Source: Seison nebaliae
Taxonomy: Eukaryota
Reading direction: 5' to 3'
Length of the DNA stretch: 64,000 nt
Assembly: GCA_023231475.1 (NCBI GenBank)
Contig: JALJEE010000149.1
Coordinates: 62,001-126,000, forward strand
In this document: positions 26,101-40,849 of the stretch, piece after piece
Numbering within the stretch: the stretch's first letter is position 1
How the letters are laid out: every line of letters starts with the position of its first letter
Notes under the pieces: generated by a model
Told to the model about the DNA's origin: nothing
What the model saw: only the letters and a program-made list of their open reading frames with translations
Databases searched by the model: none
Program-made: the position numbers and the translations under genes

Positions 26101-28250
26101 CACACCACTACCACCACCACTACACGTCTCTATTCGATGAATCGGAAAGGAACTTTTGATTTGAAACGATTTCGACAAACCGTTTTTTATGGTCGATATG
26201 ACGAATTGATGAAAAATGAGAAAATGAACAGAATCAATCCCGCACAAAATACACATACTCATCGAATTATGGAAAATTTGACGAAACAACCAAATCTTCC
26301 AGCACGTACACAATTCGCCACGTTACTCATTTGTCGATGGAAAAAGAAAAGTGAAAAGTTTCATTCGATTCTTCTTCTTTTACACTCAAATTCCATTTTA
26401 GAGATCAAATTGATTTCCAATCATCAGAAATGTGTACAGAAAATGATTTAGATCCAAATCGAACATTTGAATATCCCATCGATTTAGGTGAGATAATTTA
26501 ATTTATTTTTTATGTAAATTTAAATTTCTTTTTTTTTCAGAGAAAAATGAAATTCAATCGATGAATGATCGATTAATGAAATTATTGGAGAATTTGAATG
26601 AAATAGATTTCGTTTATCCCGAAGCGATTCATGGACAAGGTATTTATGAACTATCTCTACCAGATTCATTAGATGATGATAATTTCGAAATTATCACAAA
26701 TGTAGAAATGCATGGACATCTTCATTTCATTACTCAATGTAATCTAATGAATGAATGGATGAAAGAAATTAGTGAAATAAATAATTCAAATCTTATAATT
26801 AACAATAAATTCATTAATGAATTTTGTGATAATTGGATCCATAAAAATCATTTATTGGAGGATGGAATCACTCACATGAAATTATCTCCTGAAATTCGAA
26901 ATATTTATGAGAATGTTGTTCTCAAACCATTCAAGAATGCATTACAAATGTGGAAAGAGAAAGATCTCCCACAAAAAGGATCGGAAAAAAAATCGAATAA
27001 ATCTCAACAGAAGAAAAAGAAGAAAAATAAAGTAATCGAATTCCAATTGGGAAATTTTGACAGTTTCTCCATTCACTTTCTCTTTTTCCTTCTTAATTGT
27101 CTTTTCAAGAAATCTTCAATGAGAAGAAACCGGAAATGTCTGGAATGAAACAGAAACAAATTAAAGTGACTCTATTCGACGAATTGACAAATGATGATAT
27201 GAAGAAACAATTCAATTTGGAACAAATCTCTCGTCTGGATGAAATTAGTCGAATCGCCAAATTGTTAACGACGAACGAACAGAAACTTTTGGGATGTGGA
27301 AAATGTCCAAATTTCCATTTTCATGTTTACAATTTTTTTACCATTTTCTAATTCGAATTTCCTTCAGTTCCGTCAACATCGTCTTATTGAGATGTTTAAT
27401 ACTCAAGTGAAATATATTAATGAGATGGATAGTGATCAGAAATTATCTCATTATAAAGAGTATCAAAATCGTTTGAAAGTTTATAATTTTTTTTTTTAAT
27501 TTTTTCAAATTTTTTTTTTCAGTTATTAAAGAATTTGGAATATATAAATGAAGACGAAGAATTGTTGTTTAAAGGACGTGTAGCTGCTGCTTTCATTTCG
27601 GGACAATCAGAAATCTTCTTAACCGAATTACTTTTCCAAGGTGAACACTTTTTTAAAACCGTTAAAATCATCAAATCTGCAGGATATATTGTACGATGGA
27701 CGCCAGCTGAATTAGCTGCTATTCTCTCAACTTTAGTCTTCCAAAACAAAGCGAAACCATTGAAAGAAATCAATTTCACTAATAAAAAATTACGTTTAAA
27801 TTTCAAATATTTCATTTATTTTCTTCATTTTTCAAACATTTTCTAGAGGTGGAATGTCATAAAATTTACGAATTCGCTGTCCAAATGGCAGAGAAGGAAC
27901 AACAATTCGAAATTTGTGAAAGTGTCGAAGATTTTATGTCGAATTTCCATTTTGGATTGGTACAAGCGACTTATGATTGGAGTACCGGTCGATCGTTTCG
28001 ATTTATTATGAATTATTTGGGCAATGAAGAAATACAAGAAGGTTTTCTCTTTTTATTCTTTCAATATCGACATTGAATTGTTATTGAAGGATTTGTGGTG
28101 AGGACGATGTTGCGCTTAAATGAATTACTTCGTAGTTTACTCTGTGCGACCCGATTAATGGGAGACGTCGTTCTTGAGAATAAAGTGAAGGAGGCAATCG
28201 AGTCCATCAAAAGAGATATCGTTTTTGCCGGAAGTCTCTATGTGAAATAA
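23188..28250 (+). CDS. SKIV2L: Ski2-like RNA helicase, 12 exons
   Basis: AHTSAGKT, YTSPVKALSNQK, IFDEVHY, LLSAT, HHSGILP, YTQMAGRAGRRG and C-terminal IKRDIVFAGSLY; introns start at 23301, 23730, 24072, 26358, 26488, 27063, 27325, 27479, 27641, 27794, 28042. Confidence 0.95.
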
Positions 28251-28552
28251 CTTTGTGATAATTTGATAATTTGCGACGAATCAAAAAGTTTTAAGATAAA
28301 ATAAATTCATATTTTAAAAAATATCCGTAAAAATTTAAGATATGATGTTGAATTTAACATATTATAGATTATAGATTATAGACTCTATAAGATTATTCTT
28401 TTTAAATTACATATATATAATTCAAAATTTTATTTAAAACTTTCGACTATTGTTCCTCAAAAAATTTCTAAAATAAACCAATTTTTCGAAAAGTGTTTTA
28501 TTGAAATTTTTTTTGAATCTATAACTATTATAGAGTTGCTAAGTGAAAGTTC

Positions 28553-28652
28553 AAAGACTACTAACAAGCTTAAAAATTTTTAGAAATAGTTCGAACTTAT
28601 AGTCTCGAACTTTTTAGTCGGAGACTTTAAGTTCGGAACTATTGTAGTCTTT
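28553..28652. repeat. Nested imperfect inverted repeat
   Basis: atagttc-gaactta-agtctc (28586-28606) pairs with gagact-taagttc-gaactat (28621-28642); outer aaagactac/gtagtcttt. Confidence 0.7.
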
Positions 28653-29026
28653 TAAAATAGAATATTTTAGTATACTTATACCTAAAATATTTACTTATAG
28701 TTAAACTATATATAAATAATAATAATATTATTAATAATAACTCCTTGTTCTGATGTTGTTTAAAACAAAAATATTTATATAATTTCTAATGATAAAAATG
28801 ACTTGATTCATAACCAATTGGCAATTCACCTATAATCGAAAATATCTTACATTCTGATAATTTTAAATAAAATATTGAAAAAAAATTAAAAATATTGTTA
28901 AAGATTTTTTTGTGTTTATTTCAGATGAAATTCAAATGCCACAACAGAGGAGAATTGTAAGTTGAGAAGAGAGAATTTTGAAGCTTATTCATTTCCTTAA
29001 CAGTTCATTAATTTCTTCGAAAGACA

Positions 29027-29833
29027 ATGCGATTCATCATTCTAAAACAATCGGAAGATGTGGCCGATTGGGCGTCTACTTATATTATCAAACGAATTAA
29101 AACTTTTGCTCCAACTTCTGATAAATTATTTACATTGGGATTACCTACTGGTAGTACGCCCATGGCAACATACGCGAAATTAGTAGAGAGACATCGTCGT
29201 GGTGAAATCTCATTCAAATATGTGAAAACGTTTAATATGGATGAATATGTTGGAATACCACGAGATCATCCTGAAAGTTATCATACTTTTATGTGGGAGA
29301 ATTTGTTTAAACATATCGATATCGATCCAAAAAATGTGAATATTTTGAATGGGAATGCAAAGAATTTGGAACAAGAATGTATCGATTATGAGAGGAAGAT
29401 CGAAGATAGTGGTGGAATTGAATTGTTCGTTGGGGGAATCGGTCCCGACGGTCACATCGCTTTCAATGAACCTGGTTCGAGTTTAGTCTCAAAAACACGT
29501 TTAAAATCGTTAGCGGAAGATACGATTTTAGCTAACGCTCGATTTTTCGGGAACGATATAACAAAAGTACCAAAAATGGCTTTGACGGTGGGAGTGGGAA
29601 CGGTGATGGCGGCGAAAGAAGTGATGGTATTAATCACTGGTGCACACAAAGCATATGCATTACATATGGCAATTGAGGAGGGAGTGAATCACATGTGGAC
29701 CGTCTCCGCTTTTCAACAACATCCAAATTTCATCTGTATTTGTGACGATGCGGCAACGTTGGAACTGAAAGTGAAAACGGTCAGATATTTCAAGAGTCTG
29801 ACGGAAGTTCATAATCAGATGTTGAAAGATTGA
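29027..29833 (+). CDS. GNPDA1: Glucosamine-6-phosphate deaminase
   Basis: [47 protein letters not shown]. Confidence 0.98.
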   Translation: MRFIILKQSEDVADWASTYIIKRIKTFAPTSDKLFTLGLPTGSTPMATYAKLVERHRRGEISFKYVKTFNMDEYVGIPRDHPESYHTFMWENLFKHIDIDPKNVNILNGNAKNLEQECIDYERKIEDSGGIELFVGGIGPDGHIAFNEPGSSLVSKTRLKSLAEDTILANARFFGNDITKVPKMALTVGVGTVMAAKEVMVLITGAHKAYALHMAIEEGVNHMWTVSAFQQHPNFICICDDAATLELKVKTVRYFKSLTEVHNQMLKD

Positions 29834-30276
29834 ACTTGACTCACTTAATTTATTTTTGTTGTTAGTAAATCAATAATTGAATTGCCATTTAGAGTAATTT
29901 CACTAAGATAATAATAAACGAACTTTACCTCAAAATTTCCGTCTGTCTTCACAATTATCTTTTATGGGAATTTGTTGGCATAAAATTCCTTTTTTTTTAC
30001 CATTTCACATAATTGGAAAATTGTTCAGTCTATTAAACATGAAATGATTTTCACTTATCTTTTGATAGATGATTTCATTACCAATTTCTCGAAATGTGTG
30101 TGGGAGATAAAATTCTTTTTGCCATTTCATTTCCGAACAAATTTGAAAATTTTGATGGAGTTCTGATGTTTACATAATATTATTCATCTTCTCAAATATC
30201 TGGAAAAGAATCGGTCCGACTTTTTTTTGGTGATTGAAATATATTGGAGGAATGTGCAAATAGTTTTGTTTTAGTT

Positions 30277-30298
30277 AGAGAGAGAGAGAGAGAGAGAG
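30277..30298. repeat. (AG)n microsatellite
   Basis: About 11 AG units. Confidence 0.9.
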
Positions 30299-33200
30299 TT
30301 AGTTTTGCTAATTTATTATCAGTTTCTCATTATTCCCTTGAATCTCCTACTTATTAGTTAGTGGGGGAATGTAATAGGATTCCATTCGTTAGTTCTGGAG
30401 TAATCTAGTTTATCCTTCGATTAACAGTGAACAAAAAACAGGACTTTCTTTTTCCATAAAAAAACTATCTTAGATCTGTTCCAATCGACCTTCATTCATC
30501 ATCCAATTTATCGAATATCCTCCATTAATGTGGTGTTAAGTGAGAATAATAGATATCGTTTGTAGACAGTAAACGGAAAATGGACAATTGGTCAGTGCAT
30601 TTATAATTGTAAATTTCATTCAATGGATAGTTATTGTTCGTTGAATTTAAAGAAAATGATAATATGATCCTGTAAATTTCATGACATCAACCGAATGGTT
30701 GATACCTTAGAGAAATTTGTTTCAGAATTAGTTTTCAGGGAGATAAGTTCAGGGGATGTGTGAATGATTTGTCCTTTGTCTAAAAATTCCTCTTATGATA
30801 AATGATCGTAGTGAGATGTGTGCTTCTCTTCTTGAGATGACTTTGAAGATTATTATTCTCTATAAACATTCTTTAATCAATCTCTTCCATTAATATGTTC
30901 AACTCGTCTTATTGGAACAGTATAAATCGGTTTATCATATCTTCGTTCATCCTATTTGTTTACAATATGCATGTTGGATTCCGAGGAAATGTTGCTGCTT
31001 CTCAACAGAAGAAAGTTTGATTGATATTGGTCGAACGATTGTGAAAGATCAGATATGATCTGGAGAATGTCGAAGTGTGATGCATTTGAAAATCGTATTA
31101 TTCGAGTATGGAAGTGTAAGATGATAGGAGGAAGGGAACGCAAATCATTAATTAGTCGATAAGTTTTGTCGATCACCTTCTTCACAATTCTGCTCGTCTA
31201 TCAATTGGGAAGAAGTAATTAAATTTGCATCGCCATAATAATATTATGTTTCCGATGAAGAATTCGCCAGATTCGCCTTCGAAATACGAAACCTATTTCC
31301 AATTGAACGTCTTCCTTCGATTAATATGATTTGTGAGAAATGATGATGATTTATTAGACTTTCCCATTTGTTTGATGTGTGAACTTCTCTTCTACATTCT
31401 CCCCCTCCATTTTACCATTTCTTCAATTTACTACTCTTTTGTTGGGGGGAGAGGTTGTATGTGATCGGGCCTAATACAATTCCGTAGCGAGAAGGGACGA
31501 ATATCGGTGAAATAGAATGAGTCCAATCACGTATTCATTGTTCGTTCGTTCATAATCGTTTCCTTCATTCATCCATCCATTCTTCTTATTCATTCATTAT
31601 TCTCTCCTTCTCATTGTTACATCACTGTCGTTCTTCTGTCTATGGAATCGTTTATATAAATCTTTTTCTCATCCTTCTCCTTTTGTTGTCATCGTCTATC
31701 GTCCCCTCCTTCCCCACCACTTGTTAGCGTAAAATTGAATGACCTTCCCCATCTTAATTCAAATGCTCCATTTGAGCACAAATTATTTCAACTATCTAAT
31801 CAATTCAAATTATATTCCCATTCCCTGATATTTAACAAGAAGAGCACTTAATTTGATCAACTTAATCCTCTATATAATATATTATGTCATAATTACTCAT
31901 CATCATCAACTTTATTTTTTCATCTCATTTCCATCCTCACCATTAATGTTTCCTCTTCTGCTTTCAAATCTTCGGACCATCAACTCTTGATAAAACTCTC
32001 TTTAATTCTTCCTAATTCTTTTAATTTTCATACATATTTTCACTTAAATCATCATCAATTTTAATGTGTTTCCTCATTTTATTTGTTTGTCGAGTAGTCA
32101 AACTAATTCCATTTTTAATTCGATTGACATAAACTAATTACTAGCGAGGGGAGGATGATACTTACTAATTATTCTGTAGCATTCGAATTACTAGTTAACC
32201 GACGTGAGATGGATTATTAATATGATTCGAATATATTATGTAATTTTTTTGAAATATCTTCTTTCAAACAACTACCAGTTCGGACGGTGCTACAATAATT
32301 CCTTCTAATGATTAACGAATTATTATTTTTTGCTATTAATTAAATATTATTTAGTATTAATATATTAATTTTCCTTTGTTTCAAGTAAATGAATCTTCTC
32401 CATAATCGCCCTTCTGTTATCTTATTGCATGGAATCAATCAATGAGTCTTCCACTTAGGAATTCTCATAATTCCCATCAATTATTCGCAACTCACTTAAT
32501 TCCTTCGTGTTCCGTTAGAATGAACATTTTCTTCAAAAAGAAGAAGAACCTTCGAATTCTTCCCGAGTCAAAAAATGGTTCGTTTGAGTTAGTTTGTCTT
32601 CGAATTACATGCAAAGTTAATTATCCTGAAAACAGACGATTGTTAGTTGTCCCATTTAAATTTTCCAACCAATTCTCCTCCAATCCCATTTACGTAATGG
32701 ATTATTTAGTTGTTGCTTATCTCTGAATTGGAAACGAGGAATATGAATGAAAATCTATTTGAATATTATTATTAATAAATTGACGTCATTCGTTATGTGT
32801 CTAACTAGGCCAAGTGCTCCTCCTATTTTCAGTCGGCATTGCGACAATTTATTAACCGAAACATATTATTCCTCGAAACATCTCAGGCGGAATACGAGTA
32901 ATAGATTAATGAATTATATTTTTTTTACTCATTCGTCCCCTCCCCCCGTTCCACTCTCTAAACGACACCCAAAAGAATTACTTCGGACATTTGTTTGTAC
33001 TCGAAAAAACATTGGGAGAAGAAAATAATTAATAAAGTGAGACAACTGCTGATGGAATAATCGTTTGATATGATCGATTGTGAAAACCAAATATTGACTC
33101 AAGTTAGTCTGAAGAATTAAAAAAAAGTTGCCTCAAATTATATGTATTTTGGCAATCATTCAGAATGGAGAATGGAAGTGAAAAATATCAAATTCGTTTT

Positions 33201-36200
33201 TTTGCCTCTCATAATTATCCACAATGCTCATTCCTATATGGACGTATTGTATATGATTTGTATCCTCAACAAAATCTTATAACATTATTCCTTCTTACAA
33301 TGGAATGTGGATTAATTGTTTGTTAACTTCATTCTTTATAACTTTTAAAGTTTTCGACGTACCATTTAAATGGAAATCTTACATGAAATATACTTTATAG
33401 AAGTTTATTCATATTCATATATTTTCTTATGTACCAATGAGACGTTATATGTTTGATAATAGTTCACAGAGAGACAATCATTCTATGGCACTTTTCTCAT
33501 TTTTTCTTTTTTTCGGAGAAAAATGCATTCTTATTCTGGAAAGAATGTCATTCAACGTCCAGAAAATTCATGTTTATTTCAGATTCATATTCGAACGAAA
33601 AACAAATTAGAAAACGAAGATCATTATCTGAAAATTAATGACAATTGCAACTGTTCAAAAACATTTAGGGTATGTATATAGTTTCAGAATAGAACCAAAT
33701 TGAAAGAATCAACTGTACAACTTTAATTTTAAATGAAAGAAATTTCTTGGATAGTTTAGATGAGATTGTTGGTAATTTTAAATAATTACAATTTATTAAA
33801 AGTTCGTGTTCTTTTGACAAAAATTAAATACAAATCTTTTGAGAGTGGATTATTAGTAGTTTAAAGTTGTGAGCGGATTAAAATTAATTTTTAAATGGTT
33901 TTAATTCCATAGGGTTACGGTGTGTCAAAAACTGACAAAAGTTGATGTTTGTTATTTTTGAAAGGAGGGTTGGGAAAAGTTGAAACTTTTTCAAGTACCT
34001 GTCTGAATTCCTGTCAGAATTGTGAGTGATTTTTTGTCGAAAAATGAAAAACCAAATCGAATGTCGTACACATTTACTACTTCTCCGGGATTGGTATGTA
34101 TAAAGGAATTGACAAGATGCATATTTGTGAGTAAATAATGAAGACTTATGTTAGAGAGACCAGTTAGTTTAAGTAGAAATAAGTGTGTTTACTTGAAGCC
34201 AAATGAAACACCGGAGTAGTATTTTTGGCTGACATGTACATTTGTAGTGTGAACAATCAATTAATAACACAGTTAAGCAAACAGAACTTCACTTAGTTCC
34301 ACATCTGATTTCGCCAATCGTTCTCTTTCTATGGTTGAATATCTCGCCAAAATTACAACTATACCTAGCGGTCTGATTGGGATATTTTTTGTCGTCATGG
34401 CAACTATTGATCCTCATCTTAAAATAGAAGAGTACTTCGGGTGATTTCATTCCAATCGTCCACCACAGATGACTCGCTTTTGATATTTTCATCAATAATT
34501 TATGATTTATTATTATTGTCGTACGTATGAACATACATATCAGTTCTTTCCTCAACTACTTCTTTCTCCACCGTTAGAATAAGCTGATACGTAGAATATT
34601 TCGATGATATTTCATACTCAAATTGAATAATTCTTCTCTAATATACTTCAAAACATTTTCTTTATTATCCTCCAAATGTTCGACACCTTTCAAGGAGGAT
34701 GTTCAATTCTAATCTGAAATATAGATTATATTATCTTTCTCAACACGATAGTGCGACATTCGACGAAAGAAACTTCTCCTTTACGCCGCAATCGATCGAT
34801 CTATATTGATGTTGGTGTCTGAAATTTTTGATCGCAGGCACAGCCATCGATGGGATAGTCTCACACACACTCACAAAGAGAGTTGTAGTAAGACTAATAT
34901 TTATAATGATAATAAGCATTGTTCTTCATCAATCTATTTGTGTCAATTGAAAGAGAAAAAGAATCTTCTCTTAGGAGGAGAAGATTTTCCTTCCATTTTC
35001 TCATCATATTAGCATCATCTCTCTAATAAGACGACTCATTTTGATGTACGTCGCCATGTATCCAACAGAATAAACATCCCGATGATTAGTTGCTATAAAA
35101 AACTTAACAATAATAAAAAGAATTGAGGAAGTTTGCAAATTTCGACGATCTCTCCCCCATTTCACAGTCGTTGTAATTGATTGTCTCATATTCGTAACTT
35201 GTGCCGAAAACTATTCCATATTTTCATGACCATCGTTATGAGACTCACAATCGTAAGAATGATGATGAGCGAGACCATTTGTATCATCATAATCAAGAGA
35301 TTTTCGGTGGAATGTACATGAAAGTACTCTCCTCTCACTATTGAATAAGTTACATGGAAGTTAGTTACCATTGGAACTAATGGAATCATGTATAATGGTA
35401 ATGAAGAATGATTGTTCGCAAATTAAATTATCAGATGGAACTTATACTGATAGTCTGTTGTCCATCTCTCTATTTCTCTCCCATATTACCTCATCATCGA
35501 TCTGTCTGATAATATGCATATTATTCTTCCTATACTCAATTCTTTCGACAAGAATAACTATTTTAATTTAGAGCGAAAACTGCGTACGATAAATTTTTAA
35601 CGAATTCTCTTCTACAATAATGGCAAGAATTTAATTTCCAATCCGACATTCCCAATCATTTCGGGGAAGCACAATTCCTTCATTTAATATCGAACGAAAA
35701 ATATTTCCTCAACATTCACATCACAATTATTTTTCCTTTCTACTCCTTTGGAGAGTTCACACTTCAGGCAAACTAATCAATTCTGTTTCTTCCATTTATT
35801 GAGAATCCGTTCCGATTCACTTCTTCTGTAATACGAGAACTTGTTAAATTCACTCCATTTAATTTATTTTTATGATTCAATAATTTCATATTGTTCCCCT
35901 TCGTTAGAAAGTTTCATTCGATTCGAAAGTTCCTAATTTTTCCGTACGACATTTTACGAAATTTCCACGTACTTTTTTATCGGATAATTCGAACATCATC
36001 TGAATATTATATTGAATATTGAGAGTTTTTTTATGAGTTCATTCTGAAATTGAACTCATTATTGTAATTCGGGTGGAAAATGTGTCCGATTTTGATGTCG
36101 AATAATTGCTATGGAATCCGATAACGGTTATCTGAATCTAAATGAGTAATTTTTGAATTTAATCACAAATCATGCAAAAAGAAACGAATTTTACTTTGTT

Positions 36201-36377
36201 TCTAACGTTTAATCGGTTTATATAGAATTCGATTTTGAAGTCAATCATTCCACATTCATTTCAGTCTAATCATTACCTGCATAATGGAAGGATAAAGGAA
36301 TAATCATAAATAATAATCGGTCAATGCACGACAATATGGGAAGTGATGAAAAATTGATTACTCAATACTCCCATATT

Positions 36378-36402
36378 GATGATGATGATGATGATGATGA
36401 TG
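36378..36402. repeat. (GAT)n microsatellite
   Basis: Eight GAT units. Confidence 0.9.
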
Positions 36403-37494
36403 TAAAAGATATCTAATTATTGAATGACAAGTAAGAAGGATATAGAATGGATACAATAAATATTTATTTCCACAACGTATTGGGATGAATATTTATATGA
36501 ATACTTTTTGAAATCCTTCTCTCTTATTCTTTCCTCTCGATTTGAAGTCGAGAAAGTTTTTTGAATAAATTTGATCTTCGTAAATATTCTTTTTTCTTAA
36601 AATATTAATCTTGAAAATCGATTATCGTATTGACATTTATATTGTTAGGAAAAGGAATTCAAATAATTTTCATTCTTCCTCGCAACTTCTCTTCTTCTAT
36701 GCTAAGTTATGCGGGCATAATTATTCGTCGTTCAATTGACGAACACGATTTCTTGTTACATCAAATTTGCCCATTTCTTTAAGGAAAGAATTATGTAAGA
36801 AAGAAAAAAATTTATTTTTTCAACTTTTCCGGGGAAAATAACAGAAGCATACTATACAGTTTCCATTACCAATAAATTGATTTGAAAAAAAAAACGGAAC
36901 AAAGAATTTGAATGTTCCATTCAGGGGAAAAGTGAATGGGAAAAATGAGAGCAAATTCGGAAATAGTTTTTGTTGCATGTCGGCAGATGAAATGGTCGAA
37001 CGTAACTCACTATTATTCGGTAGTCATTCCATTTCTCTTCTCATCGTCGACTGACGTGATTTGGAATTACATCCGAAATCAATTAAACGAAATCCTCACA
37101 AAAAAGATCGATCTGTTAATTTCGCATGTTTCATCTTGTATGTTGAAGTGAAGGAACTTTCTTTCCTTCCATCGAATCATTAAGATTAGCATTGTGAAAA
37201 TAAACTTTTCATTCAATTCATTTCATATCGTTTCAAATAGATCATTCTCCTTCTAATATGTCCATTTATATCATCTGTTATATTTGGAATAGAATTTATT
37301 GAATATATCAATAATTAACACATTGAGAAGAGAAATTTTCATTTGAGAATAGTCCGAACCGAATAATTTCTTTTACCATTCACAAGTACGAAGAAACAAA
37401 CGAAATTAGTAACAGAATATTATTTAACTTTACCAACATGAAATGTTCATTTGAAAAAGAAAAAAATGTGAACTAATTTAAATGATTCGAATCA

Positions 37495-40400
37495 ATGAAT
37501 ATTTTTGTAAAAATTAGTCTACTAATAACTATATTGTTGGAGCACGAGCAGAAATATGTGTCCTCCTTATCTCTACCGAATACAACTCAAATCTCTCATC
37601 TCACAAGTCGTCCACTATCACCGAATCGAATGTGTCGTTTCTCACGAATCGGCTATGTTCGAACGACCGACATGCCAAATATTGCAGGAATTAATTGTTT
37701 CTTCTTCATTTGGAATTTCCGATTAGGAAAGACTAAACTGGCGGAAACTTATCCGTTAAGTCGTTATTTCTTCCTCGATAAATCGAGAGGATTCATCATA
37801 ATCTTGAGACAATTCCTTGAAATCGTAATTGATTTTAAGAGATTGTCACGAATTAATGGAATCAATTTCTTTTGTTGTCAAAAACCATATAATAGATGGT
37901 TAAAACGGTATATCGTCAATGAAACCCAAATACGTCCTGAGACACCGATTTATATCGGTAGTCAACAATTTCAAAGTCGATTGATGGATAATGGTGTTTT
38001 AAGTGATTTTATTCGATTCATTCATTATCGACAAAAGAATGACGATCTATCAGACATTTTTACCAATAATTTGACATTAACTAAAGAAGAAATTGGTGAA
38101 GGTTAAAAATCATTTCATATAGTTGCATTTGCATATCTTCTCTTATCAGATTATATGGAATTTCTCGATTATTATAAGGATTGTCAGAAAGCAGGAACGG
38201 AATGTTGTAATCGAATTGGAATCAATATTAATGAAATAATTCCATTAGGTTCCAATTCTTTAAAATCTTCTTCTCATCATCATCTTTTACCATTCAGATA
38301 AAGTACTTTTATTGAGATTGAATGAAACAACAGAGGAACGGATCATAAACGAATATAAACATGACAGGGAACAATTGAAATTGCCTTCTACATGTCCGGC
38401 TACATGGGACGGATTCCTTTGTCAACCAATAACCAGATCGGGTGAATCGTCCGTTATCGAATGTCCGAAATATGCCATTAGTGATCCATGTCGTCAAGAA
38501 GGTGGTCCGTCTCTTAAGACATGTACATATGATGGTATATGGGAGAGGAAGAATGGATATGAATTCACTAATTTTGAATGTTATCAGAAATATGTTAATT
38601 TAATTTAAAATTATAAAATTTAATAATCATTTAAATTCAACAGCGTCCCAAATTAGTTCTGATCGTTTCGTGCACATTCTACGCAATTAGTTTCCTTCTC
38701 CTTATCCCAAGCGTCATTATATTTTATGTCTACCGGTTCGTTCTCTTAATTTCATCAACAATCATATTTTAATTTTCTTATGAAAAACAGGAAGACTTTG
38801 CGAGAGAATGAACATGTCATTCATAAACATTTCTTCGTCTCTCTAATTTTAACGAGTGTGGCTGCCATCATATGGGAATTAGTATTCGAATATTCCATTT
38901 ATGAACGAACGAGAAATGTTTATATCCAAAATAATTCGGTAAGTTATTTTCCTTCAATTTTTTATTATTTTTTTTTAAAATTTAATTTTGGAATTTCCAT
39001 AAAAAAATTGTCGGAATATTTTATAATATTTTATTATTTGTAGTGGATTTGTATTATGGTGCAAATACTTAGAAACTACGCCAGATCCACCAACTACTTC
39101 TGGATGTTATGTGAAGGATTCGCTTTGTTTTGCGTTTTTACTGATATGGTTTTACAACAGAATCATTTCCTCATTAAGAATATGGTGACAATTGCATTGA
39201 TTACTGGATGGGGTTATTATTCGTCTTTGAACGATCTCATGAACAATTTAATTTTCCATCAAGTTCTTCCCATTTTCCCAATAGCAGTTTATGTTCTCAT
39301 GAAATTGCTGAAACCGGACAAGAATGTTCTGTGTTGGACAGAAGTTGACGCTTCAATTTATATATTGGCTGCACCAAATGTATTGACGATTCTTGTTCGT
39401 TTCTTTCATTTAAATATATTTCATTCATCTTTTCTCCAATCAGATCAACTTCATTATTTTCATTATAATTATTTATAAAATTATTACGATGAATCGACGA
39501 CAAGAAGATAGTAATGGTATGAGGAAGAGTTGGAATGCCGCTCTCTTTCTCATTCCTCTCTTTGGCGCTTATTTTGTAGTGCAAGTGTTCCCGATTAAAT
39601 GCCGATCACAAACCGGATCTATAATTTATGAATTGTTCCAAAAAATATCTGAAGGAGTTCAAGTTAAAAATAATTTTTCTATTTGAATCAAATAATCGGT
39701 TAATTTCAGGGATCATTGGTGGCATGCATTTATTGTTATCGGAAAAATAACATTCAACGAAAATTGAAAATTTCTTATAAAAATTTTCGATTTCTTTGTT
39801 TCCACGACGGAAGTAGAAGGAAAAGTAAATGTTGGAAAATTTTAAAATCATTTTTCTCCATTAATATATTTTCCAATAGATCGACAATCATTTTGTCGTA
39901 GTTCTTCGATGATAACACATAATTTGATCAATGATAAACCTCCTACAATCCATTTGAAATTGAACGAACAAAATTCATTAACGGACAATCATTTGATGAG
40001 TAATGATAATCGACCATCATATCTCTTAACAAACGATACGAAAACTCAAATGACAACATCAATGGTAATGCCGTATGAGAATGAAGAGTTTGTGGAGAAG
40101 GATATCGATCAGAATAAATTACATTCATCTTCTGTATCTCCATGTCAATTTAATGATTTCACTGAATCGATCATGTCGGCCGATCGATTGACAAATACGG
40201 TCCACTTAAATTCTTCAAATGGAAATAAATTGTCTAGCAATTCTTTATCTAATTCGAATACCGGTAAAGGAATTTCAATGACGTCACAACCAATTCCTGA
40301 GAATGAGCCTCTGATCTCCGAACATCAGAATATGTCGGAAGATATTCCGTTAGCGTCATCTCAATCCATCACATTATCAACCACCATAGATCAACGATTA

Positions 40401-40640
40401 GATTTTCAAGCGGCTCTCTCTTCCGATGACAGTTCGGCCACTCTCCAAAAGAGAGTGCCACTCACAGTGAAATTGGAATCGGAATTATCTGACGCATTAT
40501 ACTATGTTGGACAAATGCCGGCGATTATGTCGTCGACGAATGAGAGTCAAATTGAGAGAACGCCAATAGTGAAGAAGAAAGGTATCTCGAAATTTATCGA
40601 TCGATGTTCAACTAAATATCCTTATGCAAAGAATGGATAA
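37495..40640 (+). CDS. Class B1 (secretin-family) GPCR, calcitonin/DH31-receptor-like, about 10 exons
   Basis: Signal peptide; hormone-binding domain CPATWDGFLC...CP...CTYDGIW...TNFECY; TM motifs IHKHFF, STNYFWMLCEG, GW.LP, CW, LIPLFG; long S/N-rich tail. Exon structure at 37700-37900 uncertain. Confidence 0.88.
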
Positions 40641-40849
40641 ACATTCAACTTTCTACTTCTCCTTCTCTTCTACCTCGTTCTCTTCCTTTTCCTCTCCCTC
40701 TCCAAAAAGAACTCATTGAACATTTCTTATCTATCTTCCCAAAAGTTTTATTCACATCGAGTTGTAGAATTTTCATTTAAAATTAATGCAACAACAAAAT
40801 TTATATGAAATAAAAATAATTCTTAAAAAAATTTGCACAATTTTCCCAT

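Noticed and set aside
35308..35330. miR-1-like TGGAATGTA (also miR-71/miR-190-like words near 8956 and a miR-279-like word near 52363)
   Set aside because: No complementary arm forming a precursor hairpin.
30952..37151. Short ORFs of 60-95 aa in the long intergenic region
   Set aside because: No recognisable motifs, intergenic-like composition and no frame-consistent exon chains found.
37688..37726. Non-canonical GA-AG intron in the GPCR 5' region
   Set aside because: The segment is in frame, contains a plausible structural Cys and needs no splicing; a GT donor here would create a stop.
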